Below, piece after piece: positions 9,591 to 22,526 of a stretch of DNA of 64,000 bases. This stretch comes from an uncultured Acidobacteriota bacterium (GTDB lineage: Bacteria; Acidobacteriota; Vicinamibacteria; Vicinamibacterales; CAVVIG01): contig CAVVPE010000003.1 of NCBI GenBank assembly GCA_963750035.1, positions 308,600-372,599 on the forward strand, written 5' to 3'. The translations under genes and the position numbers were made by a program. Within the stretch, counting starts at the first letter, position 1, and the number at the start of each line of letters is the position of its first letter. Under the pieces are notes generated by a model. That model searched no databases. It had not been told where the DNA came from and saw nothing but the letters and a program-made list of their open reading frames with translations.

Positions 9591-9983
9591 TTACCGTTTA
9601 CTGAACTGGAAGCGCTTGCGCGCTCCGGCCATGCCGTACTTCTTGCGTTCCTTGGCGCGCGCGTCGCGCGTCAGCAGCCCTTCGTCCTTCAGCCGCTTGC
9701 GCAGCTCGGTGTTGTATTCGACCAGCGCGCGCGCGATGCCGAGGCGCACCGCGCCGGCCTGGCCGGAAACGCCGCCGCCGGCCACCGTGGCCAGGATGTC
9801 GAACTTGTCGGCGGTCTCGGTGAGCAGCAGCGGCTGCCGGATCTGCGTGCGGAGCGCTTCGGTGGGGAAGAAGGCTTCGAACGTCCGCCGGTTGATGCTG
9901 ATGGCCCCGGTGCCGGGGCGAAGAAACACGCGGGCGGTCGATGTCTTGCGCCGCCCGGTTCCGTAGTACTGAACTGCTGCCAC
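9591..9983 (-). CDS. rpsI: 30S ribosomal protein S9
   Basis: Intact 130 aa. [16 protein letters not shown]...[19 protein letters not shown]...[16 protein letters not shown]. Confidence 0.95.
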   Translation of the reverse strand: MAAVQYYGTGRRKTSTARVFLRPGTGAISINRRTFEAFFPTEALRTQIRQPLLLTETADKFDILATVAGGGVSGQAGAVRLGIARALVEYNTELRKRLKDEGLLTRDARAKERKKYGMAGARKRFQFSKR

Positions 9984-9984
9984 G

Positions 9985-10421
9985 TTACGCGACCTCGAGC
10001 TTGGAGGGTTTCTGCGCCGTGTGCGGGTGATCCGGACCGGCGTAGACCTTGAGCTTCCGATACATCGCTTCGCCCAGCTTCGTCTTCGGCAGCATGCCGT
10101 GGACCGCCTCTTCGACGAGCCGCTCCGGATGCCGCTGCCGCACCAGCCGCGCCCGCTCTTCGCGCAGGCCGCCTTCGTAGCCCGAGTGCTGCCGGTAGAT
10201 CTTCTGATCTTCCTTGCGGCCGGTCAGCTTCACCTTGGCCGCGTTGACCACGACGACGTGGTCGCCGGTGTCGATGAACGGGGTATAGGTGGCCTTGTGC
10301 TTGCCCTGGAGCAGACGGGCCGCGGCCGTGGCGATGCTGCCCAGCACCTGGCCCTCGGCATCGATGACGTGCCAGCGGCCGCCGGCGGCGGCGCTCCGGC
10401 GCTGGCCATGAACGTAGACAT
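9985..10421 (-). CDS. rplM: 50S ribosomal protein L13, one apparent frameshift near the 5' end
   Basis: MSTFMA.. then [46 protein letters not shown]...MLPKTKLG. Confidence 0.9.
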
Positions 10422-10530
10422 GCGGAACTAAACCTCTCGATACTGCACGAACCTGCGCACGCTATGACCTGTTCGGGGTTCCCCGCCGGGGCTCTATCTG
10501 GTCGGCGGGTCCAGGCAACGGTAAACCCAA

Positions 10531-10558
10531 ATCATACGGACCTTTCTGGCACTGTCAA
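10531..10558 (-). promoter_or_regulatory. sigma70-like promoter for rplM-rpsI
   Basis: Minus strand reads TTGACA (10558-10553), a 16-nt spacer, then TATGAT (10536-10531). It lies about 110 nt upstream of the rplM start. Confidence 0.45.
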
Positions 10559-10784
10559 GCGCGCGGCTTGCGCCGATAACGGACTCGAGCCGTCACTTTC
10601 GTTCCAGCGACCCTCAGTTCTGTAATCGAGTGACGATTCTGTTCCCGTCGGGGTAGGGACAGGGAACACGGACGCACGCGATATTCGTCAGGGATGCGCC
10701 AATATTCGCAGTTTCAGCACAGTCGAGGTTTGGTACCGGCCTTGCCCGAAGGGTGCGCGGCCTCAACTTCAGAAGGACAGCATC

Positions 10785-11854
10785 GTGTTTGGTCTCGGCA
10801 AGAACAAAGCCGTCGTCGGCCTCGACATCGGTTCGAGCGCCGTCAAGGCCGTCGAACTGAAGCCGGCCGGGAAGGGCTTCCGCGTCGCCGCGTTCGCGAG
10901 CGAGCCCGTGCCGCCCGACAGCATCGTCGACGGCGCCATCATCGACGGCGGCGCCGTCGCCGACGCGATCCGGCGCCTCTTCGAGCAGCAAGACGTTCAA
11001 GACCAAGGAAGTCGCGGCGTCGCTGTCGGGCAACGCCGTGATCGTCAAGAAGATCAGCCTGCCCGGTGATGACCGAGGCCGAGCTCGGCGAGTCGATCTA
11101 CTGGGAGGCCGAGCAGTACATCCCGTTCGACATCCAGGACGTCAACCTCGACTACCAGATCCTCGATCCCGGCACCGGCGCCGACTCCAAGGGGACGATG
11201 GACGTGCTGCTCGTCGCCGCGAAGAAGGAGAAGATCGCCGACTACACCGAGCGTCATCTCCCAGGCCGGCCGCGTCCCGGTGGTCGTCGACGTCGACGCC
11301 TTCGCGCTCCAGAACGCCTACGAGATGAACTACGGGCCTGAGCCCGGTGCGATCGTCGTCCTGCTCAACGCCGGGGCGAGCGCGATCAACATCAACATCC
11401 TCAGCGGCGACCAGTCGCTCTTCACGCGCGACATCTCGATCGGCGGCAACGCCTACACCGAAGCGGTGCAGAAGGAACTGGGCCTGCCGTTCGACCGGGC
11501 CGAGCAGGCGAAGAAGGGCCAGTCCGACGGCATGGCGTTCGACGAGGTGCGGCCGGTTCTCCACGCGATGACCGAGAACGTTCTGCTGGAAATCCAGAAG
11601 ACATTCGACTTCTTCAAGGCGACGGCGGCCTCCGACCGGATCGATCGGATCCTGCTGAGCGGCGGGGCCTGCGCCGTGGACGGCTTCGCGCAGGCGCTCG
11701 CGGAGCGCTTCAAGGCGCCGGTCGAGATGTTCGATCCGTTCAGGAAGATCGCGTTCGACGCCGCCGAAGCTGGGCGTGGCGCAGCTGGAGCACCTGGTGC
11801 CCGACGGCGGCGGTGGCCGTCGGTCTCGCGCTTCGAAAGGCGGGCGACCGATGA
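10785..11854 (+). CDS. pilM: type IV pilus assembly ATPase-like protein PilM, apparent frameshifts
   Basis: VGLDIGSSAVKAVELK, LPVMTEAELGESIYWEAEQYIPFDIQDVNLDYQIL, VVDVDAFALQNAYE, ISIGGNAYTEAV, ILLSGGACAVDGF. Confidence 0.85.
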
Positions 11855-12554
11855 TCAAGATCAACCTCCTCGCCGTCGAGCGGAAGGCGGCGAAAAAGAA
11901 GGCGGTCGTCGCGCTGCAGATCGGGGCAGAAGCTCACGATCGGCTGCACGCTGATCCTGCTGGCCGCCGGCCTCGGCATCGGCTGGCGGTACTGGTCACT
12001 CCAGCAGCAGTCGCGCACAGCTCGATCTCGACATTTCCACCGCGCAGCAGGAAACCGCGCGGCTGCATTCCGTCATCTCGCAGGTCCAGCAGTTCGAGCA
12101 GCGGAAGGCGCAGCTGCAGCAGCGCGTCGCGCTCATCGAGCAGCTGCGCCGCGACCAGACCGGCCCGGTGCACATGCTGGATCAGATCAGCCGGTCGCTG
12201 CCGCCGATGCTGTGGCTCACGAACATGAAGCAGGGCGCGGCGCCGACGGAGGTCGTGATCGACGGCCGCTGCACGACGATGACCGGGTTGTCGGACTTCG
12301 TGGCGAACCTGGAGGGCTCGGGATTCTTCAAGCGCGGCGTCGAGATCATTCAGAGCCAGACCGAGGCCGGACCGGCGACGGTTGGCGAGTTGATCAGGTT
12401 CAGCATCAAGGCGACGTTCCAGCCGCCGGGTGGCGATGCGTCGAAGGGCGCGGCGGGCGCGAAGCCGACCGGGCCGCCGCCGGCGACACCTGCGGCGGCA
12501 ACGCCAGCGGCGCCCGCTCCGGCGGCGCCAGCGGCAGGGGCCGCGGCTCGGTAA
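11851..12554 (+). CDS. pilN: type IV pilus assembly protein PilN, apparent frameshifts
   Basis: MIKINLL (ATGA overlap with pilM), a TM segment, a coiled-coil region, PVHMLDQISRSLPPMLWLTNM, and a Pro/Ala-rich tail. Confidence 0.8.
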
Positions 12555-12629
12555 ATCGATGGCGAAGTGCGGGCTCGCAGACGACGTAAAGCTCGGGGCG
12601 GAACGCCCCGATAGGGCTGAGTAGACGCG

Positions 12630-13251
12630 ATGGACATCAGTCTCGCAAAACTTCCGTGGTATGCGCAGGTCGGCGCGTTCCTGGTGCTGGCGATCGCCGG
12701 CGTCGGCGTGTTCTGTCTGGTACTACGAGCTGCCGTTCCGCGAGGACCTGGAAGCGCGGCAGACGCAGCTCACGGCTCTCAGGAACGACATCGCGAAAGG
12801 GCAGGCGACCGCGAAGCAGCTGCGGGCAGTTCCGCGCCGAGGTCGACGATCTCGAAGCACGCCTGGGCAGCCTTCGCGCCGTGCTGCCCGAAGAAAAGGA
12901 CGCCGCCGATCTGCTGCGCCGGATGCAGACGGTCGCCACGCAGTCGAACCTGACGATCAAGAGCTTCAAGCCGGCACCGCCGGTCACCAAGCAGCTGCAC
13001 GCCGAGTGGCCGATCGCGCTGGAGCTCGAAGGCACGTACCACAACCTCGCGATTTTCTTCGATCGCATCGGGAAGTTCACGCGCATCGTCAACATCACCG
13101 GGCTCGACGTGCGCGGCAAGGAACCGCCCGACCCGAACGCGACGATCGTGGCGCAGTGCGTCGCGACCACGTTCGTCCTGCTCGACAAACCGGCGCCGCC
13201 GAAGCCGGGCGCCACGCCGGCCCGGCCGCGGCCGCGAAGCCGGCGGCGTAG
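12630..13251 (+). CDS. pilO: type IV pilus assembly protein PilO, apparent frameshifts
   Basis: MDISLAKLPWYAQVGAFLVLAIAGVGVF.., LPEEKDAADLLRRMQTVATQSNLTIKSFKP, EGTYHNLAIFFDRIGKFTRIVNI. Confidence 0.8.
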
Positions 13252-13253
13252 TC

Positions 13254-13739
13254 ATGAACGCGACGCTTCTCGCTGTGCTCGTGCTGATGCAGGCGCCGTC
13301 CGAGGCGCAAACGCCGGCCGCCCCCGCGGGCCAGGCCGCGGCGCCGGCTCCGCCGCAACCGCAGGCCCCGCCGGCCGTTCCACCGGATCCGTACACCTAC
13401 AACCCCGACGGCCGGCGCGATCCGTTCCTGAGCCTGCTCGGCGCCGGCGCCGAAAAGGGCCCGCAAGCGAAGCGCGGCGACGGAGTGGCCGGCATGACGG
13501 TCGCCGAGATTTCCGTCCGAGGCATCCTGCAGAGCCGAGGCACCCTGATCGCGATGGTGCAGGGGCCCGACAACCGAACGTACATGTTGCGTCAGGGCGA
13601 TCGACTCGCCGATGGCGCGGTGCAGGAGGTGACCGCCGACGGGCTGGTCATCATGCAGGAAGTCAACGATCCACTTTCGCTCGTCAAGCAGCGGGTGGTT
13701 CGCAAGCCGTTGCGAGCGCAGGAGGACGTCAAGCAGTGA
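13254..13739 (+). CDS. pilP: type IV pilus assembly protein PilP
   Basis: Intact 161 aa with a signal peptide. RRDPFLSL, ISVRGIL...ALIAMVQGPDNRTYMLRQGDRLADGAVQEVTADGLVI. Confidence 0.75.
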   Translation: MNATLLAVLVLMQAPSEAQTPAAPAGQAAAPAPPQPQAPPAVPPDPYTYNPDGRRDPFLSLLGAGAEKGPQAKRGDGVAGMTVAEISVRGILQSRGTLIAMVQGPDNRTYMLRQGDRLADGAVQEVTADGLVIMQEVNDPLSLVKQRVVRKPLRAQEDVKQ

Positions 13740-15708
13740 CTCTGACGAGGGGCTTTGCCCTGGTTCTGACCCTGGCGGTGGCGGGTGTGGTGGGCGGACG
13801 GCCCGGCACCGCGGCCGACACGCCTGCGGCGCCGAGCGCCAAACTGAAAAGCATCAGCGAGCGTGCGGGGCGCGGTGGCCCGTCGCTCGTCATCGAGGCG
13901 AGCGAGCCGGTCCCGTATCTCACGACCCGCCCCGATCCGTTGACCGTCCTGCTCGACTTCCGCAACGTCGGCGCCGAAGGCGTCACCAACGCCGTCGCGG
14001 CCAAGCGAGACCGGCCTCATCGCCGGCGTCGCCGTCGAGCGCGTCGAATCGATGGGCGTGCCGATGGCGCGCGTGCGGATCAAGCTCGCGCGAGCCGATT
14101 GCCCACACCGTGCGCAGCGACCGCAACAACGTCCTGGTCGCAATTCGAGCGCGACGGCGCAGCGCAGGCGCCGTGCCGTACGTCACACCGCAGCCGGCGG
14201 GCGGTCTGCCCGACGCGATGCAGGCGCTCGCGCAGATGGCGGCGCCGCCGGCCGCCGATCCGATTGCCGCGCTCCTCGCGCCGGCGCCGCAGCCGCCGCC
14301 CGCGGCGCGGCCAGTCCTGCTCGCGCAGGCTCCCGCATCCGGCGGGACTGCCCCTGCGTCGGGTGCGGCGCCAACCGCGGCGGCCGCGCGCCAGCAATCC
14401 TCGGGTGCGTCGTCAGACCGATCAGATTGTCCGGCAGGGCGGCAGGGAATATAACGGCCACCCCATCACCCTCGACTTCCAGCAGGCCGACCTCCGGCTC
14501 GTGCTGCGCGCGTTCAACGAGATCAGCGGGTTGAACATCGTGATCGACCCGACCGTTCAGGGATCGGTCGACGTGGCCCTGCGCGACGTGCCATGGGACC
14601 AGGCGCTCGACATCATCCTGCGCGCCAACAAGCTCGGGTACATCCTCGACGGGACGATCGTCCGCATCGCGCCGCTGACGGTGCTGGCCGACGAAGAAGG
14701 GCAGCGTCGCAAGCTCGCCGACGAGCAGGCGCTCGCCGGGCAGCTGCAGGTCGCTGACCAAGACGCTCAGCTACGCGCGCGCCGAGGAGCTGCAGACGCT
14801 CCTGACGCGCAGCGCGCTGTCGCAGCGGGGCACCGTCCAGGTCGATCCGCGAACCAACACGCTGATCATCACCGACCTGGCCGATCGCCTGCAGACCGCC
14901 TCGCAGCTGATTGAAACGCTCGACAAGCGCGCAGCCGCAGGTCGAGATCGAGGCGCGGATCGTCCAGACCAACCGCAACTTCGCGCGCGAGCTCGGTGTC
15001 CAGTGGGGCTTCAACGGGCGGGTCGATCCTGCCCTCGGCAACACGACGAACCTCGCGTTCCCGAACAGCGGCAACCTCGCTGGCCGCGTCGGGCCGCTCC
15101 AGGGCCCGGCGGGTGCGGCGACGACGCCGACCGCCGTCAATCTCGCCGTCGGCTCGGCGACGAGCGGCGTCGGCATTTCGCTCGGATCGGTGAACGGCGC
15201 CTTCAACCTCGACATGGCGCTGACCGCGCTCGAGCAGTCGGGCAACGGCCGGATCCTGTCCACGCCGCGCGTGTCGACGCTGAACAACGTCGAGGCGCAG
15301 GTGATGCAGGGCGTGCAGATTCCGCTGCAGACCATCGCCAACAACACCGTCACCGTGACGTTCAAGGACGCGGCGCTGCTCCTGACCGTCACGCCGCAGA
15401 TCACCGCCGCCGACACCGTCATCATGCGGATTCAGCTGGAGAACGCGACGCCCGACTTCAGCCGGGCGGCGGGTCCGGCGGCGATTCCGCCGATCAACAC
15501 GCAGCGCGCGATCACGACGCTGCTGGTCAACGACGGTCAGACGACCGTCATCGGCGGCATCTACACCAGCAACCAGCAGAACCTGACGAACAAGACGCCC
15601 GGGCTCGGCGAGATCCCGCTCCTGAGGTGGCTGTTCCGGCGCGATCGGGTCTCGGACGAGAGCCGCGAGCTGCTGATTTTCATCACGCCCCGCATCATCC
15701 GGGGGTGA
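13736..15708 (+). CDS. pilQ: type IV pilus secretin PilQ, multiple apparent frameshifts
   Basis: AMIN-like N-terminus, ITLDFQQADLRLVLRAFNEISGLNIVIDP, QVEIEARIVQTN, and secretin C-domain ILSTPRVSTLNNVEA...VIGGIY...PGLGEIPLLRWLFR. Confidence 0.9.
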
Positions 15709-15716
15709 TTGCGGTT

Positions 15717-16364
15717 ATGAACGATGCAGAGCGTCCAGAGTTACGTGCTTGCTGGCGGCGGTCGCCGCCTCCGCCGTCTCGTGCGGCAGACGTCGTCCGC
15801 GACGGCCGGTCGCCCGTCTACCTGGTGATCGACTAGCTGACCGGCGCGCGCGGCGCGCCGACGCCCGGAGCGTATACCGGCACGCTGCTGTCCGACGTCG
15901 TCACGAACGTCACCACCGGCGGCGGCTGCAGCACGTCGATCCGTGCCCGACGATTTTCAACGATTTCGGTCGGGTCAGCCTGCGGATGTCGCCGAAGGAT
16001 ATCGGCCCGCCGACGGGGACGGCTCCGTCGCCGAGCCCGAACAACGAGGTGACGATCAACCGTTATCGCGTCGTCTTCCGGCGGTCGGACGGTCGCAACA
16101 CGCCGGGCGTCGACGTGCCGTACGGGTTCGACGGCGCCGCCACCGGCACGATCCCGAGCGGCGGCACCTTGACGCTCGGCTTCGAGATCGTGCGACACGT
16201 CGCCAAGCTGGAAGTCGCCGCTCGTTCATCTGGCTAACGCAATCCTGAACGTCATCAGCACGATCGCCGACGTGACGTTCTACGGCCGCGACCAGGTCGG
16301 CAACGAGGTGAACGTCACCGGCCGCATTCTGATCAACTTCGCCAATCACGGGGATCCGTCGTGA
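15717..16364 (+). CDS. hypothetical lipoprotein, frameshifted
   Basis: Lipobox-like LLAAVAASAVSCG, then ..NNEVTINRYRVVFRRSDGRNTPGVDVPYGFDGAATGTIPSGGTLTLGFEIV.. No family assignment. Confidence 0.4.
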
Positions 16365-16392
16365 CGAGCGGTGCCATGGTCAACCGTTGTCG

Positions 16393-17123
16393 ATGCTGAT
16401 TGCCGCGGCGACGTTCACGCTCGCGGCGTGCACGGTCCACGAAACGCCGGCGCCGGGCTGACCGGGCCGTCCGAGTTCGCGACGTCCGTGTCGCTCTCGG
16501 CTGTGCCCGACCTGGTGATGCGCGACGGCGTGTCGCAGTCGACCATCGTCGTCACGGCGCAAGGATCCGCAAGGGCCGCCGATCCGAGTCCCTGCAGCTG
16601 CGTCTCGACATGCTGGTCAACGGCGGGTCGCAGGACTTCGGCTCGCTGTCGACACGCACACTGTTCACCAACGCGGACGGCCGTGCCACCGCCATCTACA
16701 CCGCTCCGCCGGCGCCCGTGATCGGCGCCTCGCGTTGTCACGGATCGCATCACGGTGGTCGTCACGCCGGTTGGGACCAACGCACAGGCGACCGCAGTCG
16801 CAGACAACGCCGAAATCCGCCTCGTGTTGCCGATCACCACCACGCCGGGGGCGCCGGTCGCGTTCTTCACCTATGCGCCCTCGACGGGCATCACGACGGC
16901 GACCCGACGTCGCGTTCAACGCGAGCGGGTCGTATCCTGTGACCGGCAGCCGTGATCGTGAACTACGCCTGGGACTGGGGCGACGGCACCACCGACAACT
17001 TCAACGCCAGTCCGTCCGAGGATCACGATTGGGTTGGCGCTGGTACATACTCGGTGACGCTGACCGTCACAGACGATCTCGGCTCAACGGGCCAGCACCA
17101 CGCAAATCATTACCGTCGGATAA
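16393..17123 (+). CDS. PKD-domain lipoprotein, frameshifted
   Basis: MLIAAATFTLAAC lipobox. C-terminal YAWDWGDGTTDNF...GTYSVTLTVTDDLGSTG is a PKD signature. Confidence 0.55.
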
Positions 17124-17135
17124 TCGACGGTCGGC

Positions 17136-17684
17136 ATGACCGACAATCCGCGTATTGACGACCTGAGACGCCGGGTTCAAAAAGACCCGGCGTCGATTGC
17201 ATTTGCGCAGCTCGCAGAGGAGTACCGCCGCGCCAGGCAGTACACCGAGGCGGCCGAGGTGTGCCGCGCCGGCCTCGCCATTCATCCAGGCTATCTGTCG
17301 GCCCGCGTGACGCTGGGCCGGGCCCTGATCGAGCTTGGCGAGCTGGATGCCGCGCGGCATGAGCTCGAGATTGTCCTCGGCGCGCGCTCAGGAAAACCTG
17401 TCGGCCATCCGCGGCCTCGCCGAAATTCATCACCGGCAGGGCGACGTGAAGGCGGCCCTGACCCAGTACCAAACGGGCGCTGAGCCTGGCCCCGAACGAT
17501 CCCGACCTGGAAGAAACGGTCGCCGATCTCGACGCGGCAGCTCGAATCGAGCGCCCGGTCCGAACTGGCGGTCACTCTCGACTCTCCTCCGGACGCGGAA
17601 CGCGACCGTGCGGCGCGCACGGTGGTCGCGCTGGAGGGATTTCTCGCCGCGATCCATGGCGCAGGCGCCAACCGCCGCCCTTAG
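17136..17684 (+). CDS. TPR-repeat protein, frameshifted
   Basis: FAQLAEEYRRARQYTEAAEVCRAGLAIHPGYLSARVTLGRALIELGELDAARHELEIVL, LAEIHHRQGDVKAALTQYQ. I see no signal peptide. Confidence 0.55.
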
Positions 17685-18794
17685 CGCCCGCCTGCAGTCG
17701 GTCCGCCAGCGCCTGATCGAGCTCCAGCTCGACGCGCTCGTCGTGATCGCTCTGCCGAACATTCTGTACCTCACCAACTTTTCGGGCAGTTCGGCGATGG
17801 TCGTCGTGACCGCCGACCGCCTGCTTTTCCTGACCGACTCGCGGTACGTGACGGCCGTCGCCGACATGCGGGGACGCCGTACGAGTGTCCGGGGCTCGAG
17901 CTCGTGGAGGTCGAAGGCAGCTACGACGCCCGGGTCGCGCGATTGCTGAGCGAGCTCCGAACGAACGACGTCCGCGTCGGCGTTCGAGGCCGCGCATCTG
18001 ACAGTCAGCCGTCTTACCTGGCTCGAGCAGCACGTCGACAGGCGGGTCGAGCTCGCACAGACGCAAGGCATCGTCGAACGGATTCGCGTGCGTGAAGGAC
18101 GGTTACGAGCTGACGACGCTCCGGCGGGCGGGCCGACTGCTGTCCGACGTCGCGGCCGAGGTGCTTCGGGCCGTCCGCGCGGGTCAGACCGAACGCGAGC
18201 TCGCGCTGGACATCGACTGGCGGATCCGCCGCGCCGGGTTCGAGCGGACGGCGTTCGAGACAATCGTGGCATCCGGGCCCAATGCGGCGCTGCCGCACGC
18301 CCGTCCACCGAGCGAACAGTTAAGCGAAGGCGATCTCGTCGTGCTGGACTTCGGCGGGGTCTACGACTCATACTGCGTCGACTTGACCCGAACCGTATCC
18401 ATCGGGCCGGCGAGCGCTCGCGCACGCCAGGTCCACGCTGCGGTACTCAACGGCCACGATCAAGCGCTCGCCGCCGTCCGTCCCGGAGCCTCCCGCTTCG
18501 CGGTCGACGAGGCCGCGAGGACCGTCCTCGACAAAGAAGGCATGGGGGCGGCATTCGGCCACGGGACCGGTCATGGCCTGGGTCTCGAGGTTCACGAGGA
18601 CCCCCGTATCACGCGCAGGCATGCAGACGTCGACAGCCAGGACGAAGCCCTCGCGGCCGGCATGGTGTTCACCATCGAGCCCGGCGCGTACTTCCCCGGA
18701 TGGGGAGGGGTGCGCATCGAAGACGACGTCGTGGTGACGCCTCGGCGGGGCGGAGCTGCTGACGGACGTCACGACGACCTTGCTGGAGATCTGA
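17656..18794 (+). CDS. pepP: M24-family Xaa-Pro aminopeptidase, apparent frameshifts
   Basis: [80 protein letters not shown]...[11 protein letters not shown]. Confidence 0.85.
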
Positions 18795-19273
18795 TTGGAC
18801 CTGGATCAGCTGAAGAAGATTCTCGACCTCGTGCGCGAGCACGAGCTGGCCGAGTTCGAGATCGAACAGGAGGGGCTGCGGCTCAAGGTCCGGAAGGATT
18901 CGGCCGGCACGCTCATCGACCCTGCCGGCGGCCGCGCCCGCCAACGCGGTGGCGGTGACTCCGCCGCTGCCGGCGGCAGCGCTTCTGACCACACGCCCGC
19001 GGCGGCCGCGCCGTTCCTGCCGACGAGGTCGAGCTCGCGGTCGTCAAGTCGCCGATCGTCGGGACGTTCTACCGATCGCCGGAGCCGGGGGCGGCTTCGT
19101 TCGTCGAGATCGGCTCGACGGTGAAGAAGGGGCAGGTGATCTGCATCATCGAAGCGATGAAGCTGATGAACGAGATCGACTCGGAGTACGAGGGCGAGAT
19201 CGTCAACGTCTACGTGGAGAATGGCCAGCCCGTTCAGTACGGCGAGCGGCTGTTCGCCATCAGGACGAAGTAG
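18795..19273 (+). CDS. accB: biotin carboxyl carrier protein, apparent frameshift
   Basis: MDLDQLKKILDLVREHELAEFEIE.., then VKSPIVGTFYRSPEPG...CIIEAMKLMNEIDSEYEG (biotinyl-Lys motif EAMKLMN). Confidence 0.85.
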
Positions 19274-19295
19274 GCCGGGCCTTTTTAGGCCCGGC
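19274..19295 (+). terminator. 8-bp GC stem-loop between accB and accC
   Basis: GCCGGGCC-TTTTTA-GGCCCGGC. Confidence 0.45.
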
Positions 19296-19300
19296 GGATT

Positions 19301-20672
19301 ATGTTCAAGAAGATTCTCATCGCGAACCGCGGCGAAGTCGCGCTTCGGATCATCTTTGCGTGCCGGGAGCTCGGCATCAAGACCGTCGCCGTGTTCTCGG
19401 AAGCCGACGAGAACTCCTTGCATCGCCGCTTCGCCGACGAGGACGTCTGCATCGGCCCGGCGCGGAGCGCTGACAGCTACTTGAACGTGCCGGCGGTGAT
19501 TACCGCGGCGGAAATCACCGGCGCCGACGCCATCCACCCCGGATACGGGTTCCTCTCGGAAAGCGCCTACCTCGCGGAGGTGTGCGAGGCGTGCCACATC
19601 CGGTTCATCGGACCCGACCCGCAGGTGATTCGCCTGATGGGCGACAAAGCGCGGGCGCGGCGCGTGATGAAGAAGGCCGGCCTCCCGGTCCTGCCCGGCA
19701 GCGACGGACCGGTCGAGAGCGAGGAGAAAGCGCTCAAGGTCGCCAAGGACATCGGCTACCCGGTCATCGTCAAGGCCACGGCCGGGGGAGGCGGACGCGG
19801 CATGCGGGTCGTGCGCGCGGCCGGCGAGCTGTCGAACGCGGTGAAGACCGCGCAACGCGAGGCCGAAGCGGCCTTCGGCGTCGGCGACGTCTACCTGGAG
19901 AAGTACGTCGAAGCGCCGCGCCACGTCGAGTTCCAGATCCTCGGCGATCACCACGGATCGGTCATCCACCTGGGCGAGCGCGAGTGCTCGATCCAGCGGC
20001 GCCATCAGAAGCTGATCGAGGAGTCGCCGTCGCCGGCGCTCAGCGAGAAGTTGCGCCGCAAGATGGGCGGCATCGTCATCGACGCGGCCAAGGCCGTGCA
20101 GTACACCAACGCGGGCACCTTCGAATTCCTGATGGATCCCGATGGCCGGTTCTACTTCATGGAGGCGAACACACGCCTGCAGGTGGAGCATCCGGTCACC
20201 GAGATGGTGACCGGCATCGACATCGTCAAGGAACAGATCCGGATAGCCGCCGGGCGAGCGCCTCGCCTTCAAGCAGGGGGAGGTCACGTTTACCGGACAC
20301 TCGATCGAGTGCCGGATCAACGCCGAGGATCCCGACACCTTCGTGCCGTCTCCGGGCACGATCCACGTCTTCAGCGTTCCCGGCGGTCCGGGCGTGCGGC
20401 TCGAGACGCTGGCGCACTCGGAGTGCACCATCTCGCCGTACTACGATTCGATGATCGCCAAGATCATCGTGCACGGCCGCGACCGCCAGGAGGCGATCGC
20501 GCGCATGCGGCGGACGCTCGAGATGACGGTCATCGAGGGCATCAAGACCAACATCCCGATGCACCTCCGCATCCTGAACGACCCCGAGTTCGCGGCGGGC
20601 AAGCTCAGCACGTCGTTCATGGACCGCTTCCTCGCGCGACGACCCGGCGGCCGCCTCGCCGAAGCGGTGTGA
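19301..20672 (+). CDS. accC: biotin carboxylase, one apparent frameshift (extra G in the run at 20252-20254)
   Basis: [74 protein letters not shown], then INAEDP...[18 protein letters not shown]. Confidence 0.95.
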
Positions 20673-20683
20673 ACGCTCCGTCT

Positions 20684-20724
20684 CAGCAATCTGAAATCTG
20701 AAATCCTACAATCTGAAATTTCAG
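20684..20724. repeat. CTGAAAT heptamer tandem repeat ending in the palindrome CTGAAATTTCAG
   Basis: cagcaat ctgaaat ctgaaat cctacaat ctgaaat ttcag. AT-rich. Lies between accC and thiE. Confidence 0.8.
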
Positions 20725-21343
20725 CCACCTCATCTCTACGTCATCTGCGACGCGGATGTCTGCGCCAGGGCCGGCTGGGCCCTCGTCGATTACGCGTCGG
20801 CGTGCCTGGCGGGCGGCGCCCGGCTGCTGCAGATCCGGGCCAAGCAGCTTTCCGGCCGCGACTTCCTGGAGGCGGCCACCGCGATCGTCGGGCGCGGCGC
20901 GGCGGCGGGCGCGACGATCATCGTGAACGATCGCGCCGATGTGGCGCGACTCTCGGGGGCCGCTGGCGTGCACATCGGACAGGATGATTTGACGCCGGCG
21001 CAGGCCCGCGCCGTCATCGGGCACGATGCCATCGTCGGCGTGTCTGACGCACACGCTCGATCAACTCGACGAGGCGCTGCGAGAGTCAATCGACTACGTC
21101 GCCGTCGGACCGGTCTTCGGGACAGACACCAAGGCGACCGGTTACGAGGCGATCGGCCTGGAAGCGGTGCGGGCAGCGGCGGCGCGGACAGCCGCCCGGC
21201 ACGTGCCGCTCGTCGCGATCGGCGGGATTACCCGAGACCGTTCGAGGTCGGTGCTGGATGCGGGCGCGCAATCGGTCGCCGTGATTTCCGATCTGCTGAC
21301 CACGGGCGATCCCGCGGCACGAGTCCGCGACTTTCTTGATTAG
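20713..21343 (+). CDS. thiE: thiamine-phosphate synthase, start uncertain, one apparent frameshift near 21040
   Basis: LYVICD..., LLQIRAK, IVNDRADVARLSGAAGVHIGQDDL, DYVAVGPVFGTDTK, LVAIGGIT. Confidence 0.8.
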
Positions 21344-21399
21344 AATGCGGTCAGCATGATTCTTCGATCGTTCGATGGCTCTCGTGGGGCGTCAGCGTA

Positions 21400-22335
<936 letters not shown>

Positions 22336-22526
22336 AAGACACGGACGCAGCGCCTGCCGCGCCATGCAGCCCGCCGTGCAGCTCTGCCTTGAGCGCGAGC
22401 GATAGCGCCGCGTTCGGCGCCCAGCGGAAAGGCGCCTGCGGCCATGCCGAGCCCGAGGACAAGTAGTCCGAGGCGAGGCATCAGCGTAAGTTCGCGCCGG
22501 GGGTGGGGCCCCGGCGCAAGTAAAAA

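Noticed and set aside
22336-22526. Small minus-strand ORF with a signal-peptide-like start (MPRLGLLVLGLGMAAGAFPLGA..) between folD and coaE
   Set aside because: No in-frame stop occurs before it runs antisense into folD. It needs a frame change to make sense and shows no recognisable motif. It cannot be supported from sequence alone.
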